A DNA stretch of 57,541 bases from Octopus bimaculoides (lineage: Eukaryota): positions 37,512,044-37,569,584 of the forward strand of contig NC_068984.1 of the NCBI RefSeq assembly GCF_001194135.2, given 5' to 3'. A program made the translations under genes and the position numbers. Within the stretch, counting starts at the first letter, position 1, and every line of letters starts with the position of its first letter. Under the pieces are notes generated by a model. That model had not been told where the DNA came from. It made no database searches and saw nothing but the letters and a program-made list of their open reading frames with translations. This document shows, piece after piece, positions 10,693 to 23,537 of this stretch.

Positions 10693-12048
10693 GTGCGTTT
10701 ATGAATGTGCTGGGAGGGCTGGCTGTTTTTCTGATTTTTTTTCCCTTTTTAGTGATGTCTGCTTCTAGTCTCGTTCATACTTCGTCAATGTCAGCAGAAT
10801 CAGTTGGCGGCCATATTAAGACTGGCACAAATTAACGATGTTATATCGAGCGCCTTCCTTCTTCAGCCAAATGTCTTCATTGATTTCAGCAACAAGAATT
10901 TTCTAACGCTTTTGTCGCTGTTTCTACTTCTTTCCTTTTTTTAATTTTTGTTTTGTAAATTTTGAGTGAATGATTGTTTTATTTATGTTATGTATGTTTT
11001 TATTGTTCTTTTTGTTGTTATTTTACTATACTTTATTTTTGTGCTGTTATTTTGGTTGATGGTGGTGGTGATGATTTTTTTTATAACAGACGGAGAATTA
11101 ACATTGCTTCCACCAAATTGTTACAACCAAACGATAATCAATAGCTTATCAATCATAGACAAGTTTAGTTAACAAGCACACGTGCATACGAGGAAACACA
11201 CACATACACATAAACACACTCACACACATACACATAAACACACTCACACACATACATAAGAACACAAACACTAGTACATATACATACACAGACGCAAAAC
11301 GCCCAAACACACACAATATATATATATTCATATACATACATATATACATATAATTTTATTCAATAGGAACAGGGTATATACAGATGTGTGTGTGCGTGTG
11401 CGTGTGTGCACAGACATGCACAGTCACAGAGTCATGCATGCATACATATAGCTGATGTTCGTAATTTGTGAATGCCGTAAGAACAAAATGTAAACTCCTT
11501 GCGAATCAAGTTGGTTATATCACCATTTCAATTCCCATAGATTTGGCTGCTAATTCTAGCAGTTGAAGCAACCTTGTTAAGCTAACTCGTTGGTTCGTGG
11601 ACTCCTAAATTGCTACAATCATTTTCCTTTCCACCCATTTCAACAGTGGATTGTAAAAGATTATGGTTAAAAAATATACCACCCTTCGCTACCTCTGTTT
11701 CTTGTTCTGTCTTTTGTATGCTTTCATTTTTAGGTTGTTAGAGTGTTTATTTGAAGTAGATTTGGTAACTATTTCTAACAGACAGAGTACCTACGCAGAA
11801 ATTCATTTCTTACATTGAGAATCATTTTGTGTGAATTTTTTCGTCTATTTGTATGTCTACTTGCGTTTTGTTCACACCAGTGACCTGTTTATTTGATGTT
11901 CGTACTAATGAAATTCTTAAGAGTTCAAGATTGTTAAATAGTCAGTCCAGTACTGATTAAATTCATTAATTGTATCGATACACATAATTAATCGATATCC
12001 ATTATCTCATTCCGATACAAGCTTACGAATACGTGCCTGTATTGAATA

Positions 12049-12113
<65 letters not shown>

Positions 12114-12624
12114 TGTGTGTGTGTGTATGTGTGCATATAGTCCTCATGTGTACGAGTATGCGTGTGACTCTGTGTGTGTGTGTCTGTCTCTCTGTCTATC
12201 TGTCTGTGTGTGTGTGCTTGCGCACTTATCTACAGCTCTTCCACCATTTCCTCATTCAACACATTTACCTGCATCAAAATTACTCGTGCTAAACGCAACC
12301 GTTTAATAAAAATTGTATATTTTTGATTTCTTTTACGAAATTTTGTTTCTTTTGTGAGTTATATGTAAACACAACCTGAGTCTGTTCAGTAATCTGTAAA
12401 ATAATATAACCGATGTGTTACATCGAAAACGAAGTCAGTTTCACAAAATGAGGTATTTAGTAAAAATACGCTCAAATACTAACACAGCAACATTTCTGTA
12501 CATTAAAAACTAACAAGTCATTTGACTTGTTATAAATAGATAGACATATCGTCCATTAGCCCTATCTGGAAGCTCTCTTGTATTAGAAAAATTACATCAT
12601 ATATATATATATATACGTACATAT

Positions 12625-13025
12625 TCTATTATTGTTTTATTTGTTTCAGTCATTTGACTATGGCCATGCTGAAACACAGTCTTGAAGAGTTTTAGTCGAA
12701 CAAATCGACCCAAAGACTTATTTTTTTAAGCTTAGTACTTATTCTATCGGTCTCTTTTTGCCGAACAGCTTAAGTTACGAGTACGAAAACACGCCAACCC
12801 CGGCGTCAAGTGGTGATGAGGAGACAAGCAAAGACATAAAGATATGTATATGTATATATAAGTATGGGCTTCTTTCTATTTCCGTCTACCAAATCCACTC
12901 ACAAGGCTTTGGTCGGCCGGAGGCTATAGTAGAAGACACCTGCCCAAGGTCCTACGCAGTGGGACAGAACCCGGAACCATATGGTTGAGAAACAAGCTTC
13001 TTAATACACAGTCACGTCTGCGCTT
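12625..13025 (-). mobile_element. Full-length SINE family A (~400 bp)
   Basis: The reverse complement runs tRNA-like head, CCTTGGGCAGGTGTCTTCT, short TA/TG tract, 3' half, A-rich tail. Confidence 0.9.
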
Positions 13026-13052
13026 ATCTATACATGCATACATATATATATA

Positions 13053-13705
13053 TTTCATATAAAATTAGTGTACATTTATACACAAAAGAGGTGACCCCTA
13101 ACAGGACACCTTACATGCTAAAAGAAACAGTCAAAGTCCAAACCACGGTTAAGAGTAATTTCGAAGAGGAGGAAAAATATAAACATTTTCAATAGTTACC
13201 ACTTGTACCTAGGTTTCGAACATTAATGAACAAATAAAATAATTCGTTATCCGTTTTCTTCATCAACAAGGGCACTAATAACGTACAATTATGGGGCAAG
13301 TAAAGAGCACATGTTTCATCATTATACATTATAATTTTTCAAATCCACCGCGCAAGCGCAGTTATAGCCGGCAGCAAATAACCAATTTATGTGCCGACTT
13401 ACTTCAAAATTACTAAAATCATATTAAGAAAATATAAGGTAGAAGACTTAGAGAAATGTTCTACCAGTGGCTAGCATGCATAATATAGTCAATAGAGAGC
13501 ATATTTTTCATATAAAATTAGTGTACATTTATACACAAAAGAGGTGACCCCCTAACAGGACCCCTTACATGCTAAGAGGAACAGTCAAAGTCCAAACTAC
13601 GGTTAAGAGCAATTTCGAAGGGGATGAAAAATATAAAGATTTTCAATAGATACCACTTGTACCTGGGGTTCGAACATTAATGAACAAATAAAATGATTTG
13701 TTATC
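13053..13705 (-). repeat. Partial tandem repeat (~200-bp direct repeats, ~454-bp period) with hammerhead motif; retrozyme/pLTR-like
   Basis: 13053-13251 closely matches 13506-13705. HHR-like motif at 13202-13270 on the minus strand; its 3' half recurs at ~13656-13675. Confidence 0.8.
13202..13270 (-). ncRNA. Type I hammerhead-like motif with long loop II (C3U)
   Basis: CTTG-TTGATGA-A-GAA...TTC-GAAA-CCTAGG-TA-CAAG. Stem I is a perfect 4 bp; stem III palindrome ACCTAGGT. Confidence 0.5.
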
Positions 13706-13749
13706 TATCTATCTATCTATCTATCTATTTATCTCTCTCTCTCTCTCTT

Positions 13750-13792
<43 letters not shown>

Positions 13793-14099
13793 TTATTAAT
13801 ATATCTAAGTCTCTCTNNNNNNNNNNNNNNNNNNNNNNNNNNNNNNNNNNNNNNNNNNNNNNNNNNNNNNNNNNNNNNNNNNNNNNNNNNNNNNNNNNNN
13901 NNNNNNNNNNNNNNNNNNNNNNNNNNNNNNNNNNNNNNNNNNNNNNNNNNNNNNNNNNNNNNNNNNNNNNNNNNNNNNNNNNTATATATATATATGCTTG
14001 GAAATGGATGCGTAGTGTTCGATCATGTAATAATATAAATAATATATATATATATATATATATGATAAATGTATGTATTTGTATACTATGTATGCTTAT

Positions 14100-15160
14100 C
14101 ATCCTATTTCTTCCTACCTAACACTTTTTCCAATGTTGATACCTTCATATCTCCATATGTTTTCTATAGTTGATGTGAATGTAGAAGTGTTGCATGTATC
14201 TCCTAGCTTTCTTGTCTTTCTATTGTGTGTGGTATGTTGCTGAGTGTGAAGTTTAATTGAATTTCTTGAACCTTTCTTTTATGTCGCTGGTAAGAAAACA
14301 ATGGATTTAGCACGCATTACTTAAAGTAGGTTATTTTCGAGTCATGTTTCTAGATAACTGATTTGGGTTGCAGTAGTTGTGCAAGTATGACATGTCTAGT
14401 AAATTGTGTGAGTTTAGTTATCCGAGGCTGGATATTATTTCTGCTGCGTGTAGGGCTGCTGTGTTGTGTTTATAATTTTCATAGATTTTATCAGCTTGGC
14501 TATTTCTGTTGTGTAATTTGGATTCTATTGTGACGACTAGAGATGTCTGATGAGTGGAATAATGGGTACATCCGAACAGTTCCTCTGTGCAGAACGAATA
14601 GTAGAATGAAATCCAGTACGTTACTCTTTTCGGAAAATTGAATCAAACTTTTGAGAATGATGTTTATGGATACAACATAAATTTGCTAAGCTGATAGATG
14701 TATAACTAACCAACGTATTTTTGGTCGTTTTGGGATTGTTTTCTTTCTAAGGAAAGTGTTGAGTATTTTCTGTATAAGTGATTAGCAATGAATGGTGTCT
14801 AGTTGTCTTCTAATGGTAGGTAGGATGGAATGTGTATTTCAATTTTACTTTTTGTTGAATTTATACCTATGCTTGTATAAGATTTTGCGAGAAATTTGGC
14901 GGTTAAGTTTAATGACCTGAGTCTGTAGTAAATCAGAAATAAGAATGCTTGGATAACAAATGTATAAGTCGATCGCTTTAAGATTGTTGAAAATTTGCGT
15001 ATGAAGGTATATGTGATGCCGCTTCAGGTAAGCGTTCATTTTGCTTTAAAACTGTAATGATTTAGTCAGATTCTCAAGAATTGGTAATGTTGGTATGATA
15101 GATGGGAGATTGTAAAGGCAATAATTATTTCAAGCCTTATTGAAGTAAATTAGAGTAAAT
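14100..15160 (-). mobile_element. Possible old LINE ORF2 relic (APE end plus linker)
   Basis: Minus frame ...HTQIFNNLKAIDLYIC...ISDL...RYKFNKK*N...KTIPKRPKIRW loosely resembles I/Jockey-group post-endonuclease sequence. Many stops. Confidence 0.3.
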
Positions 15161-15686
15161 ATATTCCAATAAAGGAAAAATATTTAATGACCATTATTTA
15201 CACCTTGTCTTATATATATGCATATATATATATACACACTCACATAGAGGCACCACACACACTCATAGACAAATATACATATACACACACACAGATACAC
15301 ATATATCCATACGCACATCCACAAACACATACACACTAATAACAGCAACAACGTACACACACCCTTGTCATCACGCCCCTCACACACTCTCACATACCAG
15401 ACTCACATCCTACCACACACCACACACACCCCGCGCACACCCGCGCACGCACATACACGCGCACACACGTACACGCACATTCGAGTGCGCACGTGCGCAC
15501 ATATGCACACACGTACACACACACCACAAACATATACGTGGGCACGCACGCACACACGTACACACACACATGCACGCCTGCACACATACTCATGCGCACG
15601 CACACATAATACCCACACCCTTGGCTACACCAACGCACTCACATACACTCCACCTCACCCTTCTTTCCCTCTCACGAACGCACACA

Positions 15687-15727
<41 letters not shown>

Positions 15728-16202
15728 ATGGTAGCAGGTGGTGAAATTACGAGTTTTGAAAAGATATCTATTATTTGAAACTTCCATTTCATAGATTTTG
15801 GAGACTGTTTTTTTTGGTGCATTGTTACTTTCAGAAATTTATTCATTGTGTTAGTCTACACCATTCTAAAACCATTTTTGTTGGATTTTCATCATTTTTC
15901 CGGCTTTCCAACCATAAACCGCTTGTCTTAGTTTCTACCTTATACCCGGGAAATGGCGATTCATGTGGGAAAATTGAAGATCTGGTTACAACTTGAAGTA
16001 TATTTAATGACTTCTTAGAGTACACATGGGTGACCTTTTTTCGAGAAGAGGGTCACATGAAACATTGCTCATCATCACGCAGGCTGCACTACTTAAAATT
16101 TCAAAGCATTTTTTTTCGTTAAGGCGTATCATTCTGAAAGCCCCGCAGTTTGCCCATAAATGTCTTACGGGCTCTTTCATTGACTGACCAATATCGGGTT
16201 AG

Positions 16203-16375
16203 TGAGGTCAGGTCAGGTATGGAGAGCATGTGCCTTTACAGCATGTTAATGCATCCACCATTTGTTGATACTTGCTCGGGTTGTTCCGGCCTACCCTCCG
16301 AGCAGTGTCCCAGTCAATCCTCATCTCTGCAAGATACTTCTACATCCGCTGTGATCCTGTGGTATGTGGCTGACC
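16203..16375 (-). mobile_element. RTE LINE 3' end with (CCTGA)n-type tail
   Basis: GQPHTTGSQRM*KYLAEMRIDWDTARRV...DALTCCKGTCSP followed by ACCTGACCTGACC. Confidence 0.65.
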
Positions 16376-16720
16376 AATATGAGCCGTCAATCCTCGAAGA
16401 AGAAAACCTGATAAGCAGGAGCCAAATCGGAAGTTCGAGCAACATGAATAAGCAGTTTGATCCAGTAGACAGGGAAGAGTTCTAGAAGATTCTGAAGCTG
16501 CGAGATTTACCGTCCAGACCGGTTGGGCTGATAGCAGCCTTGCATACTGGAAGTGTGCGCACAGTTCGTATTGGGAGCTCAATATCTGACTTTTCCCCAC
16601 TTAGATCACGGGTCTGTCAGAGTTATGTTTTGGCTGCCACTCGGGTTAATGACCATGGACTGAATAGTTGGCCGGATGGTGGCTCGATCGGATTGAGGAG
16701 CACTCATAATTGAAACTAGT
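16372..16720 (+). mobile_element. RTE LINE reverse-transcriptase fragment
   Basis: KQFDPVDREEF*KILKLRDLP...SRVCQSYVLAAT resembles KAFDSVDR...SGVRQGCVLAP. Confidence 0.7.
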
Positions 16721-17260
16721 TCCTATTTCATCGGATTAGTGTTAAATAATAAATTATAAGATTAAACTTGTGCATACATTTGAGTTTCAAGACAATACGT
16801 GAAAAGCATTTTTTTTTTTACTGCTTCAAGATTACTACTTTACCGTTTTGTAAGGCAAGTAATCTAATTATCATAACCACAATTGTGAAGTATAATCAGC
16901 GTTTTCTGGACTAATTAATAACTAAAATCAAAAGCATGAAGCCACAATCATGATTTAGATTAGAAATTGTGGTTTCAAAGTAGCAATCCATATTTGGTGT
17001 TTTTCATCGACTTCGGTTCATATTGGGTTGTCAGATACGTACATTTGTTTCTTATTTTCAACTAGGCACTCCATCGTCATTTGTCCAAAATTTACTCAAA
17101 TTTTGTAAACGGTTAACACAAGTTGTGGAGAAAGAATAGAGCAACAAACCAAAAACATAAAACACTAAGATAAAAGTATTTTTCGTGTTAATTCAGATAA
17201 CATAGGAATGGATTAAAATAAATAGGAAGAATATGTATAATTCTATGTATGCTTGCCTTT

Positions 17261-17475
17261 GTGTCTATGTTTGTCCTCCTATCACGGCTTCACAATCAGC
17301 GTTGGTGTGTTTACGTCCCCGTAACCTAGCGGTTCAGCAAAAGAGACCTATAGAATAAGTACTAGGTTTTAAAAAAATAAGACCAGGAGTTGATTTGTTC
17401 GACTAAAACTCTTCAAGGCAGTGCTCTAGCACGGCCGCAGTCAAATAAGTGAAACAAGTAAGAGAATAATAGAAT
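17261..17475 (+). mobile_element. SINE family A 3' half
   Basis: GGTGTGTTTACGTCCCCGTAAC...GCACGGCCGCAGTCAAAT..GAAACAAGTAA. Confidence 0.85.
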
Positions 17476-17501
17476 AAACATACTTATCTAACAACACTAT
17501 A

Positions 17502-18750
17502 TATTGGGTCATCCCATAAATAATGCGGTTTTTATACTTTTATTTTTCAAAATTAAGATAAACAAAGTTCATTTTTAATCTATAATATACTCTCCTTCAT
17601 TTTCTACAATGCTCTTCCATCTACTTGGTAGACTTGCAAGACTTCTCTTCCAAAATTCACTTATCCATGACAAAAAATACTCCTCGTCTATGGAATTCAT
17701 ATTTTCTCCGTCCAAAATATTTTGAAGACTACGGAATAAATGATAATGAGATGAGTCAATGTCCGGTGAATATGGTGGGTGAGGTATCGTTTTCCATTCA
17801 AACTGCTCCAGCCTTTGGAATGTCATCCTCGTCGTATGTGGATGAACATTATCGTGATGGAAGAACAGCTTTTGTTTTGAAACCAAAGATGGTTGTTTTA
17901 CTTCTAGCGCTTACTTAAGCCACTCAAACTGCCTGCAGTAGATCTCCTTGTTATCGTTTGATTTGGGTCTAAAATTTCAAAGTAGACTAAACCTTTCATA
18001 TCCCACCAAGCATATAATAACACCCTTACGTGGGTGAAAACCTTCTTTAAATGGGGTGCCGGTGTTTCTTCTTTCCATACCCACTGTCTTTGGCGCTTGA
18101 CCTTTTTAAATGGAACCCATATCTAGTCACCAGTTACTATTCGGTCAAAAAAAGGTTCATTCATGAGACGTGACAGCAAAAAGGAGCACACATTCACTCT
18201 CTGCGAGCGATTAGACAGAGAGCTTGTGAGGAACCCACTGACCCAATTTTCTGACTTTTCTGATGGCACGCAGGTGTCGATGAATGGCTGAATGACCAAA
18301 TCCAAGCCTCTCTGCTAGTTACTCGACAGTTACGGTGGGATTTTGTTCCACCAGCCTTTGCAGGACGTCCTCGTCAAGCTCTACAAATCTTCCAGGTCGA
18401 GGCTCGTCTTCTAGGCTGTAGTTTCCGGCTCGGAATTTCTGGAACCACCGTTGACACTAGCTTGCGCCTATTGTCCGATCCGCATATACTGCATTAATAT
18501 TCCTCGCACTTTCTGTTGCATTGTTGCCTTTACTGAACTCATAAAGCAAAATATGCCGAATATGCAACTTTGTCACTTCTATTATAGCTTTGAAAAAATA
18601 ACTGTTAAAATAAAACTGCACTCTTCAAAACGTGCACTAAGAATAAGGGTTTAAGTTAGTACCTGCTTTTATAGCAAGTTGATGCAGGTAGTTTATCCCG
18701 TCCCTCTCATGCAATTGAAAATCCCGCATTATTTATGGGATGACCCAATA
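17502..18750 (-). mobile_element. Full-length mariner transposon (1249 bp), dead transposase
   Basis: Perfect 27-bp TIRs TATTGGGTCATCCCATAAATAATGCGG with TA on both flanks. Motifs RWFQKFRAGNYSLEDEPRPGR, RIVTGD, HHDNVHPH and HPPYSPDI; stops and frameshifts present. Confidence 0.95.
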
Positions 18751-19745
18751 TATGCTAAGCAGATAGTTATAGTAACTACATTAAATGAAGCAAACAAGAC
18801 AAGGTTATAATTATATGATGAGTGTGAAAACAATTAGTCAATTACTAATGTGTTAAATATTTCGGCAATTGCAGGAAACAACTCTGGAGATGTTTCGGTC
18901 TTATCGTTACATCATCAGCGAAGCAGAGGGTTCACAATACTTCCCAAAGTAGCTCACTGGAGTGTCAATAAGTAAATGTACATTATACTGCACTGGTTTG
19001 GCGGAAAATAGAATTGCTTAAAAATCTAATAGTACAGAGGCTCCAACTGCACACGTACTTTTGTTTGTTTTCGTTCTTTACATAATTTGTTTTGTTTCTG
19101 TTTTTTGTTGGTTTTTTATTCTTCCTTACAGATAATTATGTCGGTCGTTTGTTGCGTGTTTGCATTCGGCGTAGATTGGATTTGAATCTTCAATAGACAC
19201 TTCAGCAGATACAAATATACGCACACACGCGCGTACACACACCAGCGCACTCATACACGAACATACACACATACACATACACACGTACACATATGTATGT
19301 ATATGGATACATGTGTGCGTATGCATTTATGTATGTATGCACATATGTATCTACACATATATGAATGAATGCTCGTATGTACGTAGTATATATATATGTA
19401 TGTATCTCTTTACGTGTGTGTGTATGTGTGTGTGTGTGTGTGTGTGTGATCTCTTATTTGAATATATTTACATAAATTTTGTTTTGTTGAAATTCCATCT
19501 TGTAAACATTGCTTTTTTTATTAAAGATACCTTAAGTCTATTGTAAATACGAAAACAAATTGTATTTGCTTCAACTTTATCCACTAACACGCTGTAATTA
19601 CATTGTGCTCTAATGATATTCTCCACAATCACTTCCTGACTCGAGAAAATAGTTAAAATGATGAAATTTTCCCTATACGTGTGTACGTGTGTGCATGTCT
19701 TTATAAGTGTACATACACACACATGCACACAAGATATACACACAC

Positions 19746-19794
<49 letters not shown>

Positions 19795-19797
<3 letters not shown>

Positions 19798-19945
19798 AAG
19801 TGAGCACATAAGTGCAAAAGCAAAACACGGTGGAAACAATAGTACTCGAATACCAAAGGTAGAGTAATATAGATTTTATTAGAACTGCAAAATTATCACA
19901 GAACTGTAACTCAGAGTTTCACGCTCCTGTTCGTCGGCCAGTTGT
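19795..19945 (-). mobile_element. Penelope pLTR-like fragment with hammerhead motif
   Basis: Minus strand: HHR-like motif 19902-19943, then AATAAA, ending at (TA)n. Confidence 0.5.
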
Positions 19946-20134
19946 GATGAATATATATCTATATATTCATAAGTACACATATATATGTGAGCGTGGATGC
20001 ATATGTGCGCGCATAAATCTGTGTGTATGTTTGTGCATGTGTGTGTACCTGCCTGCATGCACTTATGTATATATTCGTCAAAATACATTGAGAAAATGAA
20101 TTCTGTAGAAGGTAGCAAGTAGAGTGCTCGATAT

Positions 20135-20436
20135 AACTGGATTTTTCACGATGACAATGCACTCAGTCACCGAGCTCTCCTCACTCGTTAGTTTCTCGCC
20201 AAAAACAACAAGGTTCGCCTCCGCACCCACCCTGTTTAGCACCTGCGGAATTCCAGTCTCTTCCACAAGATGAAAATGCAGCTCAAAGTACGCCGTTTTA
20301 ATGTTGTCGAGATCAAGATCGAATCGCAGAAGATCCTCGACTTGCTTACGGAAAACAACTTCCATGCCGAATTCCAAAACTGGCAAGAACGCTGAGACCG
20401 GTGACAATTTCGAAGGAGTTGATGTTAAAACTAGGT
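20135..20436 (+). mobile_element. Mariner transposase 3' fragment (same family as 21907-22760)
   Basis: NWIFHDDNALSHRALLTR*FLAKNN matches the minus-strand copy. Confidence 0.85.
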
Positions 20437-20454
20437 AATATATATATTTATATG

Positions 20455-20660
20455 TGTGTGTGTCTCTGTTTGTCTTCTCATCACCTCTTGACAACCGGTG
20501 TTGGTATGTTTATGTTCCTGAAACTTAACACTTCGGCAAAAGACCAATAGAATACATACCAAGCTTAAAAAATAAGTACTGGAATCGATTCATTCGACTA
20601 AAAACTTCAAGGTAGTGCCCCAGCATGGCCGCAGTCTAATGACTGAAACAGGTAAAAGAT
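20455..20660 (+). mobile_element. SINE family A 3' half
   Basis: CTTGACAACCGGTGTTGGT...GCCCCAGCATGGCCGCAGTCTAATGACTGAAACAGG. Confidence 0.85.
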
Positions 20661-20737
20661 ATATATATATACTTACATATATATACATATAAATAAATAT
20701 ATATTTATATATTTATATATTCACACACATACACACA

Positions 20738-20834
20738 CAGGGTGGTGGTAAAGTTTGGATACACACTCATTTTCAATCTGCGAAAGGAAAAAGAATATTA
20801 ATATTTCAGGTATCCAGATTTTATAGCCACCCTA
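20738..20834. mobile_element. Short Tc1/mariner-type MITE (~97 bp)
   Basis: Imperfect ~25-bp TIRs CAGGGTGGTGGTAAAGTTTGGATAC / GTATCCAGATTTTATAGCCACCCT. Confidence 0.5.
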
Positions 20835-20868
20835 TGTAGATACATCTACTATATATATGTGTGTAGGA

Positions 20869-20929
<61 letters not shown>

Positions 20930-21500
20930 TGTCCAAATTGTCGGGAAAACTTCTCCAAACAGAAATATATAAAAATGTGTATAACTAATATAACTATCAA
21001 CTGATAAAGAATTCATTTTCTAAATGTATTTTGAGGAATAAACTATATTTACTGCTCCCGATATTGCTCTAGCCGTATTTTTTGATGGACTCCGGTGAGT
21101 AAACTTCCACTGAATATAACTTAGTCGAATATCTATTAAGATTCCTTCATTTTAGCTTCTTTTTTTTTTATCTCGTGACGTGACTGTTGATAGTATATTT
21201 AATCTGGATAAAATTGTGTGGCCTGTTATTCCAGCCGGGCTCGTTGGACTGTTTACAGAGTAAGCTTGATCGTGGATACATGGTTTCGTGTCCCGGTGGT
21301 ATTGATATATACATATTTTTTTTAATAGATTTATGCTGCACAACGTTTAACATACGTGCGCGCGCGCACATACAAAGACATACACAGGAACAAACCCATA
21401 TACACATACAATATTTTCTAGTGAAACAAAACCGAAGAGTTTTATCTGGTGACTCGAGTTTCACGCACTGAAACAATGTACGTGAATGCATATATGTATG

Positions 21501-21553
21501 TATTCTTTTATTCTTTTATTCGTTTCAGTCATTTGATTGCGACCATACTGGAG
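21501..21553 (-). mobile_element. SINE family A 3' tail fragment
   Basis: TTCTTTTATTCGTTTCAGTCATTTGATTGCGACCATACTGGAG is the reverse complement of the family A tail. Confidence 0.7.
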
Positions 21554-21714
21554 TAGTTGGAAAGCAAAAGCTTTATCACACAGCTACGTGTACATCTATC
21601 GACATTTTCACAGGCGCAAACACACCTAGACATACATACACACAACACACACACACACATATCCGTTTTGTTCTTTAGCTTGTTTGTTTCTTAGTTTGTT
21701 TGTTTGTTTGTTTG

Positions 21715-21870
21715 CTTTTCTTTCTCCATCTGTTTTCTCTCCTCTTTACTTTCTGTAGAAGAGCGTAGGCTCAAAACAGCAAAGACTTCTTCGATTTTCC
21801 CGAACGTCAAACTAATACGACTTGTTTGCCATTCCTGCACCTGTCTCTTGCTTTTGTATAATTTTGTACC
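21715..21870 (+). mobile_element. Family G pLTR-like copy with hammerhead relic at 21749-21784
   Basis: CTTT-CTGTAGA-A-GAGC(gtag)GCTC-AAAA-CAGC-AAAG; downstream sequence colinear with the reverse complement of 9587-9680. Confidence 0.6.
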
Positions 21871-21906
21871 ATATGTATATATATATTTGTATGTGTGTGA
21901 TTGTAG

Positions 21907-22760
21907 TACGATGTGGTATCAAAAGGTTCCCGGACTAGTTGATAAAAAATAACTTATTTACCTAAGTTTTAACATCACCTCCTTCGAAATAGTCACCTTG
22001 CGTAACAAAAAACCGGTCCCAACATTCCTGTCACTTTTGGAATTCGGCCTGGAAGTCGTTTTCCGCATGCAAGTCGAGGACATTCTGTGATTCGCTCTGG
22101 ATCTCGACAATTGTGTTAAAACGGTGACCTTTGGGCTACATTTTCATTTTGGAGAAGAGATGGAAGTCTGCAAATAAGGCAGATGCAGAAGCGATACCAT
22201 GTTGTTTTGGGCGAGAAACTGACGAGTGAGAAGAACTCGGTGACAGGGTGCATTGTCGTCGTGAAGAATCCAATTCTTTGCGCTCCACAGATCCGGTGTC
22301 TTTCGCCGTATGTCCTCCCTCAAGGGCTTCAAAATGTCGAAGTAGAAATCTCGATCGACGGACCCATACAACAGACCAACAACATCAGTAATGTCGTTGA
22401 TTTTCCTCTGACGATCCTCTTGCACAGGCTGATGAATTTTCTTCACATTTCCGGAGGTGACGCTTGTGGCAAGTCTTCCAGATCGCTCATCGTCTTCCAG
22501 GGATGTTCTTCCTCTTCTGAAGCGCCCGTGTCACTCGAAACATTGCATATGACCCATTACCTCTTCGCCCTAAGCTTGCCGGAGCATGCTCAATGTCTCT
22601 ATAGCAGACTTCCCATGTTTAACGTAAAACTTAACGTTGGCTCTTTGTTCCTGTCCATGACAAAATCGCACGCTGCAACATACACATGATCACAAAAGCA
22701 CAAATGTCACAACTTGCGAAGTAAACACGGTGATGTCACTCGCTCTCTGCCTCATATGAA
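21907..22760 (-). mobile_element. Internally deleted mariner element
   Basis: One TIR-like end TACGATGTGGTATCAAAAGGTTCCCGGACT. Translation includes RRKTPDLWSAKNWILHDDNAPCH; the N-terminal part is joined directly to DRDFYFDIL, so the central region is missing. Confidence 0.85.
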
Positions 22761-23465
22761 TATTATCTATAATAAATGAAGCGTGTGCTCATGTAGGTGC
22801 GTATATGTAATTATAGGAGAATAGACTCAATACATTGAAATAAGTTAGAATTTGTGAGAGTGCTTTTCAAGTCGATTGATAAATAAAAATATGAGACATG
22901 GAAAGCACTTACATAGATGTATGTGTGTATACATGCGTGTGTGTGTATGTGTATGTGTATGTGAGGGGGGTGTCTGCGCGCAAGTTTGTAGGTGCGCATG
23001 TGTATTTGTATGTTTGTATGAGAATATGTTTGTGTATGTGAGAGTGTGCTTTCCTTGGAGGTGATTCATAAGATAGCAACATAAACTGAAAAATGGAGAC
23101 GCGTATACATGCGGGTTTAAGTATATTTATTTGAGTAGATTTTTTTGTTCATACATATAAGTGTATATGTATATGTATTCTAGACACACATATACATACA
23201 CACACACTCACGCACGCACATATATATATATATATATATACATGCCTGTGTAAACAAACTGCGCTCAGATGTATATATATATATANNNNNNNNNNNNNNN
23301 NNNNNNNNNNNNNNNNNNNNNNNNNNNNNNNNNNNNNNNNNNNNNNNNNNNNNNNNNNNNNNNNNNNNNNNNNNNNNNNNNNNNNNNNNNNNNNNNNNNN
23401 NNNNNNNNNNNNNNNNNNNNNNNNNNNNNNNNNNNNNNNNNNNNNNNNNNNNNNNNNNNNNNNNN

Positions 23466-23537
<72 letters not shown>

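Noticed and set aside
10735-10835. Strong polypyrimidine-AG followed by MSASSLVHTSSMSAESVGGHIKTGTN*
   Set aside because: No recognisable protein and no partner exons; pyrimidine tracts are ubiquitous here.
13053-13705. TRIM/LTR interpretation of the direct repeats
   Set aside because: No TG..CA termini, PBS or PPT recognised; the hammerhead motif favours a PLE/retrozyme-type unit.
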